A stretch of DNA of 33,535 nucleotides from Actinomycetota bacterium (GTDB taxonomy: Bacteria; Actinomycetota; Acidimicrobiia; IMCC26256; VFJJ01). Positions 1 to 7,918 of the stretch are shown here, one piece after another (the stretch's first letter is position 1; each line of letters begins with the position of its first letter). The stretch is taken from NCBI GenBank assembly GCA_009886115.1, contig VFJJ01000026.1, positions 62,001 to 95,535 of the forward strand, read 5' to 3'. Below the pieces are notes generated by a model that did no database searches, was not told the origin of the DNA, and saw only the letters and a list, made by a program, of their open reading frames with translations. The position numbers and the translations under genes are program-made.

Positions 1-260
1 GCGAGCACGAGCACGGCCCGGCCGCCGACGGACAGCGACGACAGCGTGCCCTTGTGACCGCCCACGCTCGGCGCCGGCATGCCGGGCAGCGAGCTCATGG
101 GGATCTCGGCGATGACCGTGCCGAGGCCCGCTGCGGCGTCGCCCCAACCCGAGCCCAACACGACGGCGGCATCGTGGCGCTCGACGCCGACCGCGCTCGC
201 CAGGGCGGCGGCGGCCTCCTCGGCCAGGACGAAGGGATCGGTGTTCGTCGTTGCGCTCAT
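1..260 (-). CDS. punA: Purine nucleoside phosphorylase (trimeric PNP/XapA family), N-terminal part only; runs off the left edge of the window
   Basis: Not in the ORF track. Manual translation from ATG at 260 gives MSATTNTDPFVLAEEAAAALASAVGVERHDAAVVLGSGWGDAAAGLG...PAPSVGGHKGTLSSLSVGGRAVLVL, with the VVLGSG and SVxGHxG motifs of trimeric PNPs. The ATG directly abuts the upstream TGA (261-263). Confidence 0.85.
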   Translation of the reverse strand, partial: MSATTNTDPFVLAEEAAAALASAVGVERHDAAVVLGSGWGDAAAGLGTVIAEIPMSSLPGMPAPSVGGHKGTLSSLSVGGRAVLVL

Positions 261-1133
261 TCACGTCCCCATGGGATGCCAGACCGACTTCATCTCGCAG
301 AAGGCTGTCAGAGCCGCGACCGACTGAGCCGATTCGGCGAGCCAGTCGCACTCGCCCCGACCCGGGTTGATGACGCGCAACACGTGGTCGGCGCCGAGAA
401 ACGCGACCTTGCGGCTCAGCTCGACATCGGCGCCGCCCACGTCGAGCGCGTCGACCTCCTCGTGCCCGGCCAGCCAGGGGGCCAGCTCGGCGGCGCGCCC
501 GGTGAGGAGGTTCACGACACCTCCGGGCACGTCGGACGTCGCCAGCACCTCGGCCAACGACACCGCCGACAGCGGCCAGCGACCACCGACGACAGCCACG
601 ACGGTGTTACCGCACACGAGCGCCGGGGCCAGGCGCGACACCAAGCCGAGCAGCGGCGGATCGTCGGGGGCGAGGAGCCCCACGACACCGATCGACTCGG
701 GGATCGTGAAGGCGAAGTACGGGCCAGCCACGGAGTTCTGCGTGCCGAGGACATGCCCGAGCTTGTCGGCCCATCCCGCGTACCAGACCCAACGGTCGAC
801 GGCCGTCGAGACCTCGACCTCGGCCTCGCGCTCCGAGGAGCCGCCGGCGACGAGCTCGCTCTCGAACTGGGACCGACGAGATTCCATCAACTCGGCGACG
901 CGGTAGAGGATCTGTCCCCGGTTGTACGGCGTACGGGCCGCCCAACCCGCCCAGGCGCCCCGGGCGGCCCTCACGGCGTCGCGGAGATCCTTGCGCGAGG
1001 CCCTCGACGCCTGGGCGACGGTCGCTCCCGTGGGGGTGACGACCGGGTACGTGCGTCCCGACTCGGAACGGGGGAACTCGCCACCCACGAACAGCTTGAG
1101 GGTGCGGCGGACAGCGAGACGGTCGTCGGTCAT
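261..1133 (-). CDS. Short aldehyde dehydrogenase-family protein: NAD-binding-like domain, catalytic domain absent (resembles the C-terminal half of ALDH16)
   Basis: 290 aa. Has KLFVGGEF, RGQILYRVAELMESR, YAGWADK, LAPALVCGNT and PGGVVNLLTG. Lacks ELGGK, the catalytic Cys loop and EEIFGP. Ends KSVWHPMGT. ATGA overlap with the upstream ALDH. Confidence 0.88.
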   Translation of the reverse strand: MTDDRLAVRRTLKLFVGGEFPRSESGRTYPVVTPTGATVAQASRASRKDLRDAVRAARGAWAGWAARTPYNRGQILYRVAELMESRRSQFESELVAGGSSEREAEVEVSTAVDRWVWYAGWADKLGHVLGTQNSVAGPYFAFTIPESIGVVGLLAPDDPPLLGLVSRLAPALVCGNTVVAVVGGRWPLSAVSLAEVLATSDVPGGVVNLLTGRAAELAPWLAGHEEVDALDVGGADVELSRKVAFLGADHVLRVINPGRGECDWLAESAQSVAALTAFCEMKSVWHPMGT

Positions 1134-2701
1134 GACCCTGACCCTCCCGCGAGCCCGGCTGGGGACGGGGACGGCAGCGGGGACGGCGGCGGGGACGGGG
1201 ACGGGAAGGGTTCGAGCTCGAGGTAGGACTCGAGGCCGTGGCGGCCTCCCTCACGACCGAACCCGCTCTCGCGATAGCCCCCGAACGGCGATGCCGGATC
1301 GAACCGGTTGAACGTGTTGGCCCACACGACCCCGGCCCGGAGCCTCTGCGTCGTCCAGAGGATCTTGGAGCCCTTCTCGGTCCACACCCCGGCCGAGAGC
1401 CCGTAGCGGGTGTTGTTGGCCTTGGCCACCGCTTCCTCGGGGGTGCGGAACGTGAGCACCGACAGCACGGGTCCGAAGATCTCCTCCCGGGCGATGCGGT
1501 GCGTCTGCTGCACGTTGCTGAACACCGTGGGAGGGAACCAGTAGCCGGCCTCGGGCAGCGCACACTCGGGCTGGTAGATCTCCGCCCCCTCGGCGACACC
1601 GGCATCGACCAGCTCGGTGATGCGCTCGAGCTGCTCGGCGCTGTTGATCGCCCCGAGGTCGGTGTTCTTGTCGAGCGGATCGCCGACCCGCAACGTCGAG
1701 AGGCGCACCTTCAGCCGGTCGAGCACCTCGTCGGCCACGGACTCCTGGACGAGCAGGCGTGAGCCGGCGCAGCACACGTGACCCTGGTTGAACCAGATGC
1801 CGTTGACGATCCCCTCGACGGCCTGGTCGAGGGCGGCGTCGTCGTAGACGATGTTGGCCGCCTTGCCTCCGAGCTCGAGGGTGAGGCGTGTGGGCCGGTC
1901 CTTGCCCGCGAGGACTCGCTGGATCTCCTTGCCCACACTGGTGGAGCCGGTGAAGGCGACCTTGTCGACGTCGGGATGGGTGACCAGCGCAGCACCCGTC
2001 GCCCCACCACCGGTGACGATGTTGACGACCCCGGGTGGGAGGTCGGCCTCCTGGATGATCTCGGCGAGAAGCAGCGCACTCAGCGGTGTGGTCTCGGCCG
2101 GCTTGAGCACGCAGGTGTTCCCAGTGGCCAGCGCCGGGGCCAGCTTCCACGCGGCCATCATCAGGGGGAAGTTCCACGGGATGATCTGCGCGGCCACGCC
2201 CACGGGCCGGGCGGTCCGTCCGGCAAAGGCATGGTCGAGCTTGTCGGCCCAGCCGGCGTAGTGGAAGAAGTGCGCCACGGCGAGCGGGACGTCGATGTCG
2301 CGCGACTCCCGAATGGGCTTGCCGTTGTCGAGCGTCTCGAGCACGGCCAGCTCTCGTGCGCGCTCCTGCATCAGCCGCGCGATGCGGTAGAGGTACTTGG
2401 CCCGCTCCTTGCCCGGGAGGTCGCGCCAGCCCGACTCGTAGGCCGTGCGGGCCGCGGCCACGGCCGCATCGACGTCCGCGGCGCCGGCCTCGGCGTACGA
2501 GACGAGCGGCTGTGCCGTGGCGGGGTTGATCGTGACGCTGAAGCGCCCGCTGCGGGGAGCGACGAACGCACCCCCGATGAACAGGCCCCGCTCGTGGAGC
2601 TGGTCGAGGCGCACGATGTCGGTCGACTCGAGCGATGTCGAGTAGGCCAGGACGGGGTGGACGGGATGCTCGCCGCCCGGCGTGGTGGGGGAGAGGGTCA
2701 T
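1130..2701 (-). CDS. NAD-dependent aldehyde dehydrogenase (catalytically complete), probably acting on acetaldehyde from DeoC
   Basis: Start trimmed to ATG 2701 (MTLSPTT...), with GAGG upstream; 523 aa. Motifs IPWNFP, KPAETT, FTGST, TLELGGK (catalytic Glu), FNQGHVCCAGSR (catalytic Cys), EEIFGPV and FGGYRESGFGREGG. Confidence 0.93.
   Translation of the reverse strand: MTLSPTTPGGEHPVHPVLAYSTSLESTDIVRLDQLHERGLFIGGAFVAPRSGRFSVTINPATAQPLVSYAEAGAADVDAAVAAARTAYESGWRDLPGKERAKYLYRIARLMQERARELAVLETLDNGKPIRESRDIDVPLAVAHFFHYAGWADKLDHAFAGRTARPVGVAAQIIPWNFPLMMAAWKLAPALATGNTCVLKPAETTPLSALLLAEIIQEADLPPGVVNIVTGGGATGAALVTHPDVDKVAFTGSTSVGKEIQRVLAGKDRPTRLTLELGGKAANIVYDDAALDQAVEGIVNGIWFNQGHVCCAGSRLLVQESVADEVLDRLKVRLSTLRVGDPLDKNTDLGAINSAEQLERITELVDAGVAEGAEIYQPECALPEAGYWFPPTVFSNVQQTHRIAREEIFGPVLSVLTFRTPEEAVAKANNTRYGLSAGVWTEKGSKILWTTQRLRAGVVWANTFNRFDPASPFGGYRESGFGREGGRHGLESYLELEPFPSPSPPPSPLPSPSPAGLAGGSGS
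1161..1205. repeat. GGGGAC/GGC low-complexity tandem repeat encoding the Pro/Ser tail of the long ALDH
   Basis: ggggacgggg acggcagcgg ggacggcggc ggggacgggg acggg; the minus strand encodes PSPSPPPSPLPSPSP. Confidence 0.8.
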
Positions 2702-2767
2702 GGCTCGCCTCGGGTTCGGGTTCGGTCGCTCGGCGCCGCCGTCTCCTTGGACGGTACACGTGCGAGC

Positions 2768-2786
2768 GTACCGGCATGCTCGGTAC
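2768..2786. promoter_or_regulatory. Inverted repeat GTACCG-N7-CGGTAC, candidate operator in the divergent ALDH/patatin intergenic region
   Basis: gtaccg gcatgct cggtac read directly; function inferred only from position. Confidence 0.3.
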
Positions 2787-2813
2787 AGCCCCGCGTTCGG
2801 TGCGGCCCGGCGG

Positions 2814-2837
2814 CCGGTGTGGCGCCCGGTGTGGCGC
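2814..2837. repeat. 12-bp tandem duplication (CCGGTGTGGCGC x2)
   Basis: Two perfect adjacent copies in intergenic DNA. Confidence 0.8.
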
Positions 2838-2956
2838 AGGTCTCCGAGACTTGCACCCGCATCTCGACCCCAGCAGACTCCCGACCTGATGAGCCTGGTC
2901 ACCGCGGCCGAAGAGCACACCCGCGTCGCCATCGGCAGTGCTCTCGGCGACAGCGG

Positions 2957-4744
2957 GTGACCGAGGTCGCGTCGACGTTCGTACGGGTCGACGCTCCGAG
3001 TGACGCCGGGGATCTCCTTGCACAGTCGTCGCTCCTGGGTGCCCTGGCGCCGGCCGAACGGGCCCGGGTGCAAGCGGCGTTCGAGTGGCTGCACGTGCCC
3101 GGAGGCTCGGTGCTCTTCCACGAGGGCGACGAAGCCGACGGGCTCTATCTGGTGGCCGCGGGTCGGCTCCGTGTGAACCAGGTGCGCGCCGGGCTGATGA
3201 CGGTCGTCGCCGAGATCGACCGGGGCGCCAGTGTCGGTGAGCACGCGCTGCTCACCGCGGGCCGCCGCAGCGGCACGGTCGTCGCGGTCCGTGACTCCAT
3301 CGTCGGACGGCTCTCCGTCGAGCACGTGGAGCGCATGATCAGGCCCCAGCCCGAGGTGGCCTGGGCCCTGGCCCGACTCCTCGCCGTCCGCATGGCGGCG
3401 AACACGGAGCGCACCCACGTCGCCCCGGCCCGGGTGATGGCCATGGTACGTGTGGGGAGCCTCGAGCCGTTGCGTTTCGACGCTCTCGTCGACCAGCTCG
3501 CCCGGTCGGTGCCCGCGGCGCTGCTCGATCGGGGCCTCGCTCCGGCCGAGGTGGTCAGCCACCTGGCCCGTCTGGAGGTCGACCACGAGCGTGTGCTGGT
3601 CGCGGTGTCGGATCCGCATGTCGATCGGCATCTCCTGCGCCAGGCCGACCGCATCCTCGTCGTCGTCGATGGTCGTGACCGGCCGGCGCTGGGTCTCCTC
3701 GAGCAGCACATCAAGAAGATGGAGCGGAACCCGGCGGCGCCACCGTTGGAGCTGGTGCTCGTGCACCCCCGCTCGACGGCGCACCCGCGAGGCACCGCGC
3801 GCTGGCTCGCCCTGGCGCCCTTCGTCCGGCACCATCACCTCCGCGACGACACCCCCGGCGACCTCGAGCGTCTGGCTCGCCACGTCGCTGGACGATCGAT
3901 CGCCCTCGTGCTCGGTGGGGGAGGCGCGCGAGGCGCAGCTCACATCGGGGTCGTCCGGGCGTGCCGGGAGCTCGGCATCCCGATCGACCGGGTGGGCGGT
4001 TCGAGCATCGGGGCCATCGTCGGGGCGCACGTGGCCCTGGGCTGGGATCCGTCGCAGATGACCGAGCGGCTGGCCCAGGCCTTCTCCGAGGTGCGCGTGC
4101 ACCGTGACTTCACGCTCCCCACGGTGTCGATCCTGTCGGGGCGTCGGCTCCAACGGTTCCTCACCGGCCATCTGGCCGACATGGCCATCGAGGACCTCTG
4201 GCTCGACTTCTTCTGCACCACGGTCGACCTGAGCGATCCCGGTCTCGTGGTGCACCAACGCGGGCGCGTCGCCCAGTGGATCCAGGCGTCAGCGAGCCTT
4301 CCCGGGCTGTTCCCACCGGTCGTCGACGATCATGGCCATCTCCACGTCGACGGCAGCCAGCTCGACAACGTCCCCACCGGGATCATGCGGGCCGACCATC
4401 CCGGGATCATCATCGGCGTCGACGTGAGCCCCCTGACCGACGTTCCGGGCCGTGCGAACGGCACGTCTGCGGGATGGCGTTTCCTACTCGGCCGTCGGCG
4501 CGGTGAGCACGGTCCCGGCATCGTCGAGATCCTCAACCGGACGGCCCTCGTCGGGTCCCGTCAGCGCCAGGGTGAGGCGGCGTCGCGCGCCGACGTGTAC
4601 CTGACCCTGCCGGTCCAGAGCTTCGGCCTCGTCGAGTTCGAGCGGATAGCCGAGATCGAGGAGACGGGATATCGGTGGGCCCTGGAAACGCTGGGTCGAA
4701 CCGATATCGTGCGCACCGGCGGCCCGCTCTCTCTCCCAGCCTGA
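2957..4744 (+). CDS. Cyclic-nucleotide-binding domain fused to a patatin-like phospholipase (NTE/RssA family)
   Basis: Probable GTG start at 2957; the longer ORF overlaps the ALDH antisense, so the exact start is uncertain. cNMP domain LFHEGDEADGLYLV...GEHALL...RSGTV. Patatin oxyanion motif GGGGARG, nucleophile GSSIG, catalytic Asp in HVDGS. Confidence 0.9.
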   Translation: MTEVASTFVRVDAPSDAGDLLAQSSLLGALAPAERARVQAAFEWLHVPGGSVLFHEGDEADGLYLVAAGRLRVNQVRAGLMTVVAEIDRGASVGEHALLTAGRRSGTVVAVRDSIVGRLSVEHVERMIRPQPEVAWALARLLAVRMAANTERTHVAPARVMAMVRVGSLEPLRFDALVDQLARSVPAALLDRGLAPAEVVSHLARLEVDHERVLVAVSDPHVDRHLLRQADRILVVVDGRDRPALGLLEQHIKKMERNPAAPPLELVLVHPRSTAHPRGTARWLALAPFVRHHHLRDDTPGDLERLARHVAGRSIALVLGGGGARGAAHIGVVRACRELGIPIDRVGGSSIGAIVGAHVALGWDPSQMTERLAQAFSEVRVHRDFTLPTVSILSGRRLQRFLTGHLADMAIEDLWLDFFCTTVDLSDPGLVVHQRGRVAQWIQASASLPGLFPPVVDDHGHLHVDGSQLDNVPTGIMRADHPGIIIGVDVSPLTDVPGRANGTSAGWRFLLGRRRGEHGPGIVEILNRTALVGSRQRQGEAASRADVYLTLPVQSFGLVEFERIAEIEETGYRWALETLGRTDIVRTGGPLSLPA

Positions 4745-4754
4745 AAGGGTCCGT

Positions 4755-5801
4755 GTGCTCATCGCAGCCTTGCGTGATCTCCAATGGCGCCGCCGGCGCT
4801 ACCTCACGGCGGTCCTGGGCGCGGGCCTGGCGTTCGCCCTGGGCCTGGTGATGTCGGGCCTGCACAACTCGTTCGCATGGGAGATCAACCAGACCATCGC
4901 CGCGACGGGCACCGACGCGTGGGCCGTGGCCCCCGACTCGTCGAACCCGTTCAGTGCCTTCTCCCCGGTGCAGGCGACCGCCGCGATCGAAGTCGAAGCC
5001 TCGGCGGGGATCGACGAGGCCGATCCCGTCGTGATCGTCCGCCATGCCATCGGAACGGTCGATCCCGTGGCGGTCGTGCTCCTCGGGGTCGTGCCGGGCG
5101 GGGTGGGGGCACCGGCGGTCGACGATGGCGAACCCCTCGGCGCGTCGGGCCAGATCGTCGTCGGTGATGCACTCGAGCGAGATGTCGGCGAGACGATCTC
5201 CATGGGGGGACGGTCGCTCACGATCACCGGGATCGTCGACGACGCGACCCTCTACGCCGGCCTGCCCGTGGTGTGGATCACGCTTGGCGACGCGCAGGAG
5301 CTGGCCTTCGGCGGCGAGACCTTGGCCTCGACGGTGGCCTGGCGGGGCGACCCGGCAGCGGTGCCCGGGGCTCTCCGGGGCCTGACCAACGCCGAGGTTC
5401 GCGACGAGCTGCTCGTGCAACTCGGCTCGCCCCGAGACGCCATCGCCCTGATGCGGATCATGTTGTGGGTCGTCGCGGCGATCGTGATGGGTTCGTTGTT
5501 CTACCTCTCTGCCCTCGAGCGGACCCGCGACTTCGCCGTGTTCAAGGCCACCGGCGTGGGAACCCGGTCGATCGCCGCCGGACTGGCGCTGCAGGCGGTG
5601 GTGCTGTCGCTCGTCGCTGCCGTGATCGCCGAGATCGTCGGCACCCTGCTCGTGCCGGTGTTCCCGATGATCATCGTGATCCCCGGGCGTTCGTACCTCG
5701 TGCTGCCTGTCGTGGCCTGCGTGGTCGGGATCCTGGCGAGCCTCGCCGGGCTCCGTCGTGCGGCGCGCGTCGAGCCGGCTCTGGCCTTTGGAGGTCCCTG
5801 A
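4755..5801 (+). CDS. ABC transporter permease, FtsX/MacB type
   Basis: 348 aa. N-terminal ALRDLQWRRRR plus a TM helix, an extracytoplasmic domain, the ERTRDFAVFKATG motif, three C-terminal TM helices and an EPALAF end. Confidence 0.9.
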   Translation: MLIAALRDLQWRRRRYLTAVLGAGLAFALGLVMSGLHNSFAWEINQTIAATGTDAWAVAPDSSNPFSAFSPVQATAAIEVEASAGIDEADPVVIVRHAIGTVDPVAVVLLGVVPGGVGAPAVDDGEPLGASGQIVVGDALERDVGETISMGGRSLTITGIVDDATLYAGLPVVWITLGDAQELAFGGETLASTVAWRGDPAAVPGALRGLTNAEVRDELLVQLGSPRDAIALMRIMLWVVAAIVMGSLFYLSALERTRDFAVFKATGVGTRSIAAGLALQAVVLSLVAAVIAEIVGTLLVPVFPMIIVIPGRSYLVLPVVACVVGILASLAGLRRAARVEPALAFGGP

Positions 5802-5802
5802 C

Positions 5803-6846
5803 ATGGCCGGCCTCACCATCACCGGCCTGACCGTCGAGTACTCGAGCGGCGGCTACACGGCTCGGCCCCTCGACGGTTTCGACGCCCACATCGCGCCGGG
5901 CGCTCTGGCGCTCCTGCTCGGCCCGTCGGGCTGCGGCAAGACGACGTTGCTGTCGTGCGTCGCCGGGATCTTGTCGCCGACCTCGGGTTCCATCCGCACC
6001 GGCGACATCGAGGTGACCACGCTCTCGGGAGCCGCGCTCACCGAGTACCGACGCCGCCATGTGGGCGTGGTGTTCCAGGCGTTCAACCTCATCCCGAGCC
6101 TCGACGCCACCGAGAACGTCATGGTGCCTCTGCGCGCCGCCGGGATCTCGCGCAAGGCGGCCCGGGCCCGGGCCGTCGATCTGCTCGGGCAGGTCGACCT
6201 GGCGCATCGGATCGATCACCGTCCCGGGGCCCTTTCGGGCGGCCAGCAACAGCGGGTGGCGATCGCCCGGGCCCTGGCGCTCGACCCGCCGCTGGTTCTG
6301 GCCGACGAGCCGACGGCGCACCTCGATTACATCCAGGTCGAGGGCGTGTTGCGGATCCTGCGCCGCCTCGCCGACGGAGGCCGAACGATCGCCATCTCGA
6401 CGCACGACGAGCGTTTGCTTCCGCTCGCCGATCAGGTCGTGGAGCTGGCCCCTCGGGGTCGACCCCCGGCCCGTCCGCCTGAGCTGCTCGACGTGGCCGC
6501 GGGGGAGACGGTCTTCCGCCAGGGATCTCGAGCCGAGCTGATCTTCGTGATCGAGGACGGCGAGATCGAGATCGTGCGCGAGCTCGACCACGGGGGTGAG
6601 GAGCCGATCGTTCGTCTCGTCGCCGGGCAGCACTTCGGCGAGATCGGCCCGTTGTTCGGGCTGGCCCGCTCGGCCACGGCCCGGGCCCGCACCGATGCCC
6701 GTCTCCTGGCCTACACCGCAGCCGCGTTCGGTGACGCCGTCGGTCCGCAGCGTCTCGCCGAGGTGATCCGGGGCGCCGGGGTTCCGGTCTCGGGTGGGGC
6801 CCCGAGGATCGACGCCCCCAGCACCGGCGGCGCGGGGAGCCCGTGA
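5803..6846 (+). CDS. ABC transporter ATP-binding protein with a C-terminal cNMP-binding domain
   Basis: ATG at 5803 with GGAGG upstream; 347 aa. Walker [10 protein letters not shown]-loop VFQ, signature LSGGQ, Walker B LVLADE, H-loop STHD. cNMP domain VFRQGS...[10 protein letters not shown]...RSATARA. Confidence 0.92.
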   Translation: MAGLTITGLTVEYSSGGYTARPLDGFDAHIAPGALALLLGPSGCGKTTLLSCVAGILSPTSGSIRTGDIEVTTLSGAALTEYRRRHVGVVFQAFNLIPSLDATENVMVPLRAAGISRKAARARAVDLLGQVDLAHRIDHRPGALSGGQQQRVAIARALALDPPLVLADEPTAHLDYIQVEGVLRILRRLADGGRTIAISTHDERLLPLADQVVELAPRGRPPARPPELLDVAAGETVFRQGSRAELIFVIEDGEIEIVRELDHGGEEPIVRLVAGQHFGEIGPLFGLARSATARARTDARLLAYTAAAFGDAVGPQRLAEVIRGAGVPVSGGAPRIDAPSTGGAGSP

Positions 6847-6850
6847 CGGG

Positions 6851-6904
6851 GCGACCGTCTCGACCGTCTCGACCCCCTCCGGTCGCGTCGGTCGCGTCAG
6901 TCGC
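6851..6904. terminator. Imperfect long hairpin built from 9-bp tandem repeats between convergent genes; candidate bidirectional terminator
   Basis: Left arm g(cgaccgtct)2cgacc at 6851-6874, loop ccctcc, right arm of (r)gtcgcgtc repeats at 6881-6904. The CGACC/GGTCG blocks pair in register. Confidence 0.5.
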
Positions 6905-6905
6905 G

Positions 6906-7850
6906 TCAGTCGACGGGGAGATTGTCGAGCCGTTGGTAGCGGCCCGTCTTCTGGAAGTGCCACTGCAGCAACAGGTCGTTGAGCAATGACGAGGCCCCGA
7001 TGCGCAGCCGGTCGGGGTGCAGCCAGTCGGCGCCCAGCGTCTCGCCGACGACCACCAGGTAGTGCCACGCCTGCTTGGCGGTGCGCACCCCGCCGGCGAT
7101 CTTGAGACCGACCACGACGCCGGTCTGGGTGTGGAACTCCCTGATGGCCTCGGCCATGCACAGCGCGAACGGCAAGGTGGCCGCGGGCGTGATCTTGCCG
7201 GTGCTGGTCTTGATCACGTCGCCCCCAGCCGCCATGGCCAGCATCGAGGCCTTGCGCACCTGGTCGTACGAGCCGAGCTCGCCGACCTCCAGGATCACCT
7301 TGAGATGCGCCGTCGAACAGGCCTGCTTGGCGGCGGCGATCTCGTCGCCCGCTTCGCCGTAGCGGCCCGACAGGAAGGCCGATCGGTTGAGCACGATGTC
7401 GATCTCGTCGGCGCCGTCGGCCACGGCCCGGCGGATCTCTTCCAGCCGGAGGTCGAGCGGTCCCAGTCCCGATGGGAACGCTCCGGCGACCGACGCGAGG
7501 TGCACGCCGCTTCCCCGCAAGGCTTCGGCCGCGACCGCAACCATGAACGGGTACACGCACACCGCGGCGACCGATGGGACCGTGGCGTCGCCGGGATCGG
7601 GACGCATCGCCCGGGCGCACAGGGCCCGCACCTTGCCCGGGGTGTCGGCGCCCTCGAGCGTCGTGAGGTCGATGCAGCGGACGGCCAGCTCGAGCGCGGC
7701 CATCTTGGCCTCACGCTTGAGCGATCGTCCGGCGAGCATCGCCGCTCGAGCCTCCAGGCCCACGGCGTCGACCGCGGTGACCTTCACCGAGACCTGGTGG
7801 TGTGCTGCGGTCCATCCGCCCGAGGCTGATCGAGCCAGCGCGCTGGTCAT
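6906..7850 (-). CDS. deoC: Deoxyribose-phosphate aldolase (long, DERA-like form)
   Basis: 314 aa. IDLTTLEGADT, AAVCVYP, ASVAGAFPSG, GADEIDIV, HLKVILE, IKTSTGK (Schiff-base Lys), GLKIAGGVR and RIGASSLL. Confidence 0.96.
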   Translation of the reverse strand: MTSALARSASGGWTAAHHQVSVKVTAVDAVGLEARAAMLAGRSLKREAKMAALELAVRCIDLTTLEGADTPGKVRALCARAMRPDPGDATVPSVAAVCVYPFMVAVAAEALRGSGVHLASVAGAFPSGLGPLDLRLEEIRRAVADGADEIDIVLNRSAFLSGRYGEAGDEIAAAKQACSTAHLKVILEVGELGSYDQVRKASMLAMAAGGDVIKTSTGKITPAATLPFALCMAEAIREFHTQTGVVVGLKIAGGVRTAKQAWHYLVVVGETLGADWLHPDRLRIGASSLLNDLLLQWHFQKTGRYQRLDNLPVD

Positions 7851-7918
7851 GCTCGCATTCTGTCACCCCGATGCCTGGGCTCTGGCGCCGGGACGCACAC
7901 CTGTGACAGCGTCCGAGG
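7851..7918. promoter_or_regulatory. Back-to-back candidate leaderless promoters for deoC and the amidohydrolase
   Basis: Minus strand gTGaCAGAAT-gcgagc-ATG; plus strand gTGaCAGCGT-ccgagg-ATG. Each is an extended-TG -10-like hexamer 6 nt before the ATG. Confidence 0.45.

Noticed and set aside
2888..2903. CRP-like site GATGA-N6-TCACC upstream of the cNMP cassette
   Set aside because: Only 7 of 10 consensus positions match TGTGA-N6-TCACA. The context is attractive, but the match is too weak to support.
1778..4258. Apparent long N-terminal extensions making the ALDH 1042 aa and the patatin 988 aa
   Set aside because: Each extension is the antisense of the other gene; domain similarity begins at about 2701 (minus) and about 2957 (plus).
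2957..4744. Patatin as a CBASS/CapV-type anti-phage effector
   Set aside because: The architecture is NTE/RssA-like with a CRP-type cNMP domain, and there is no CD-NTase or other defence gene in the window.
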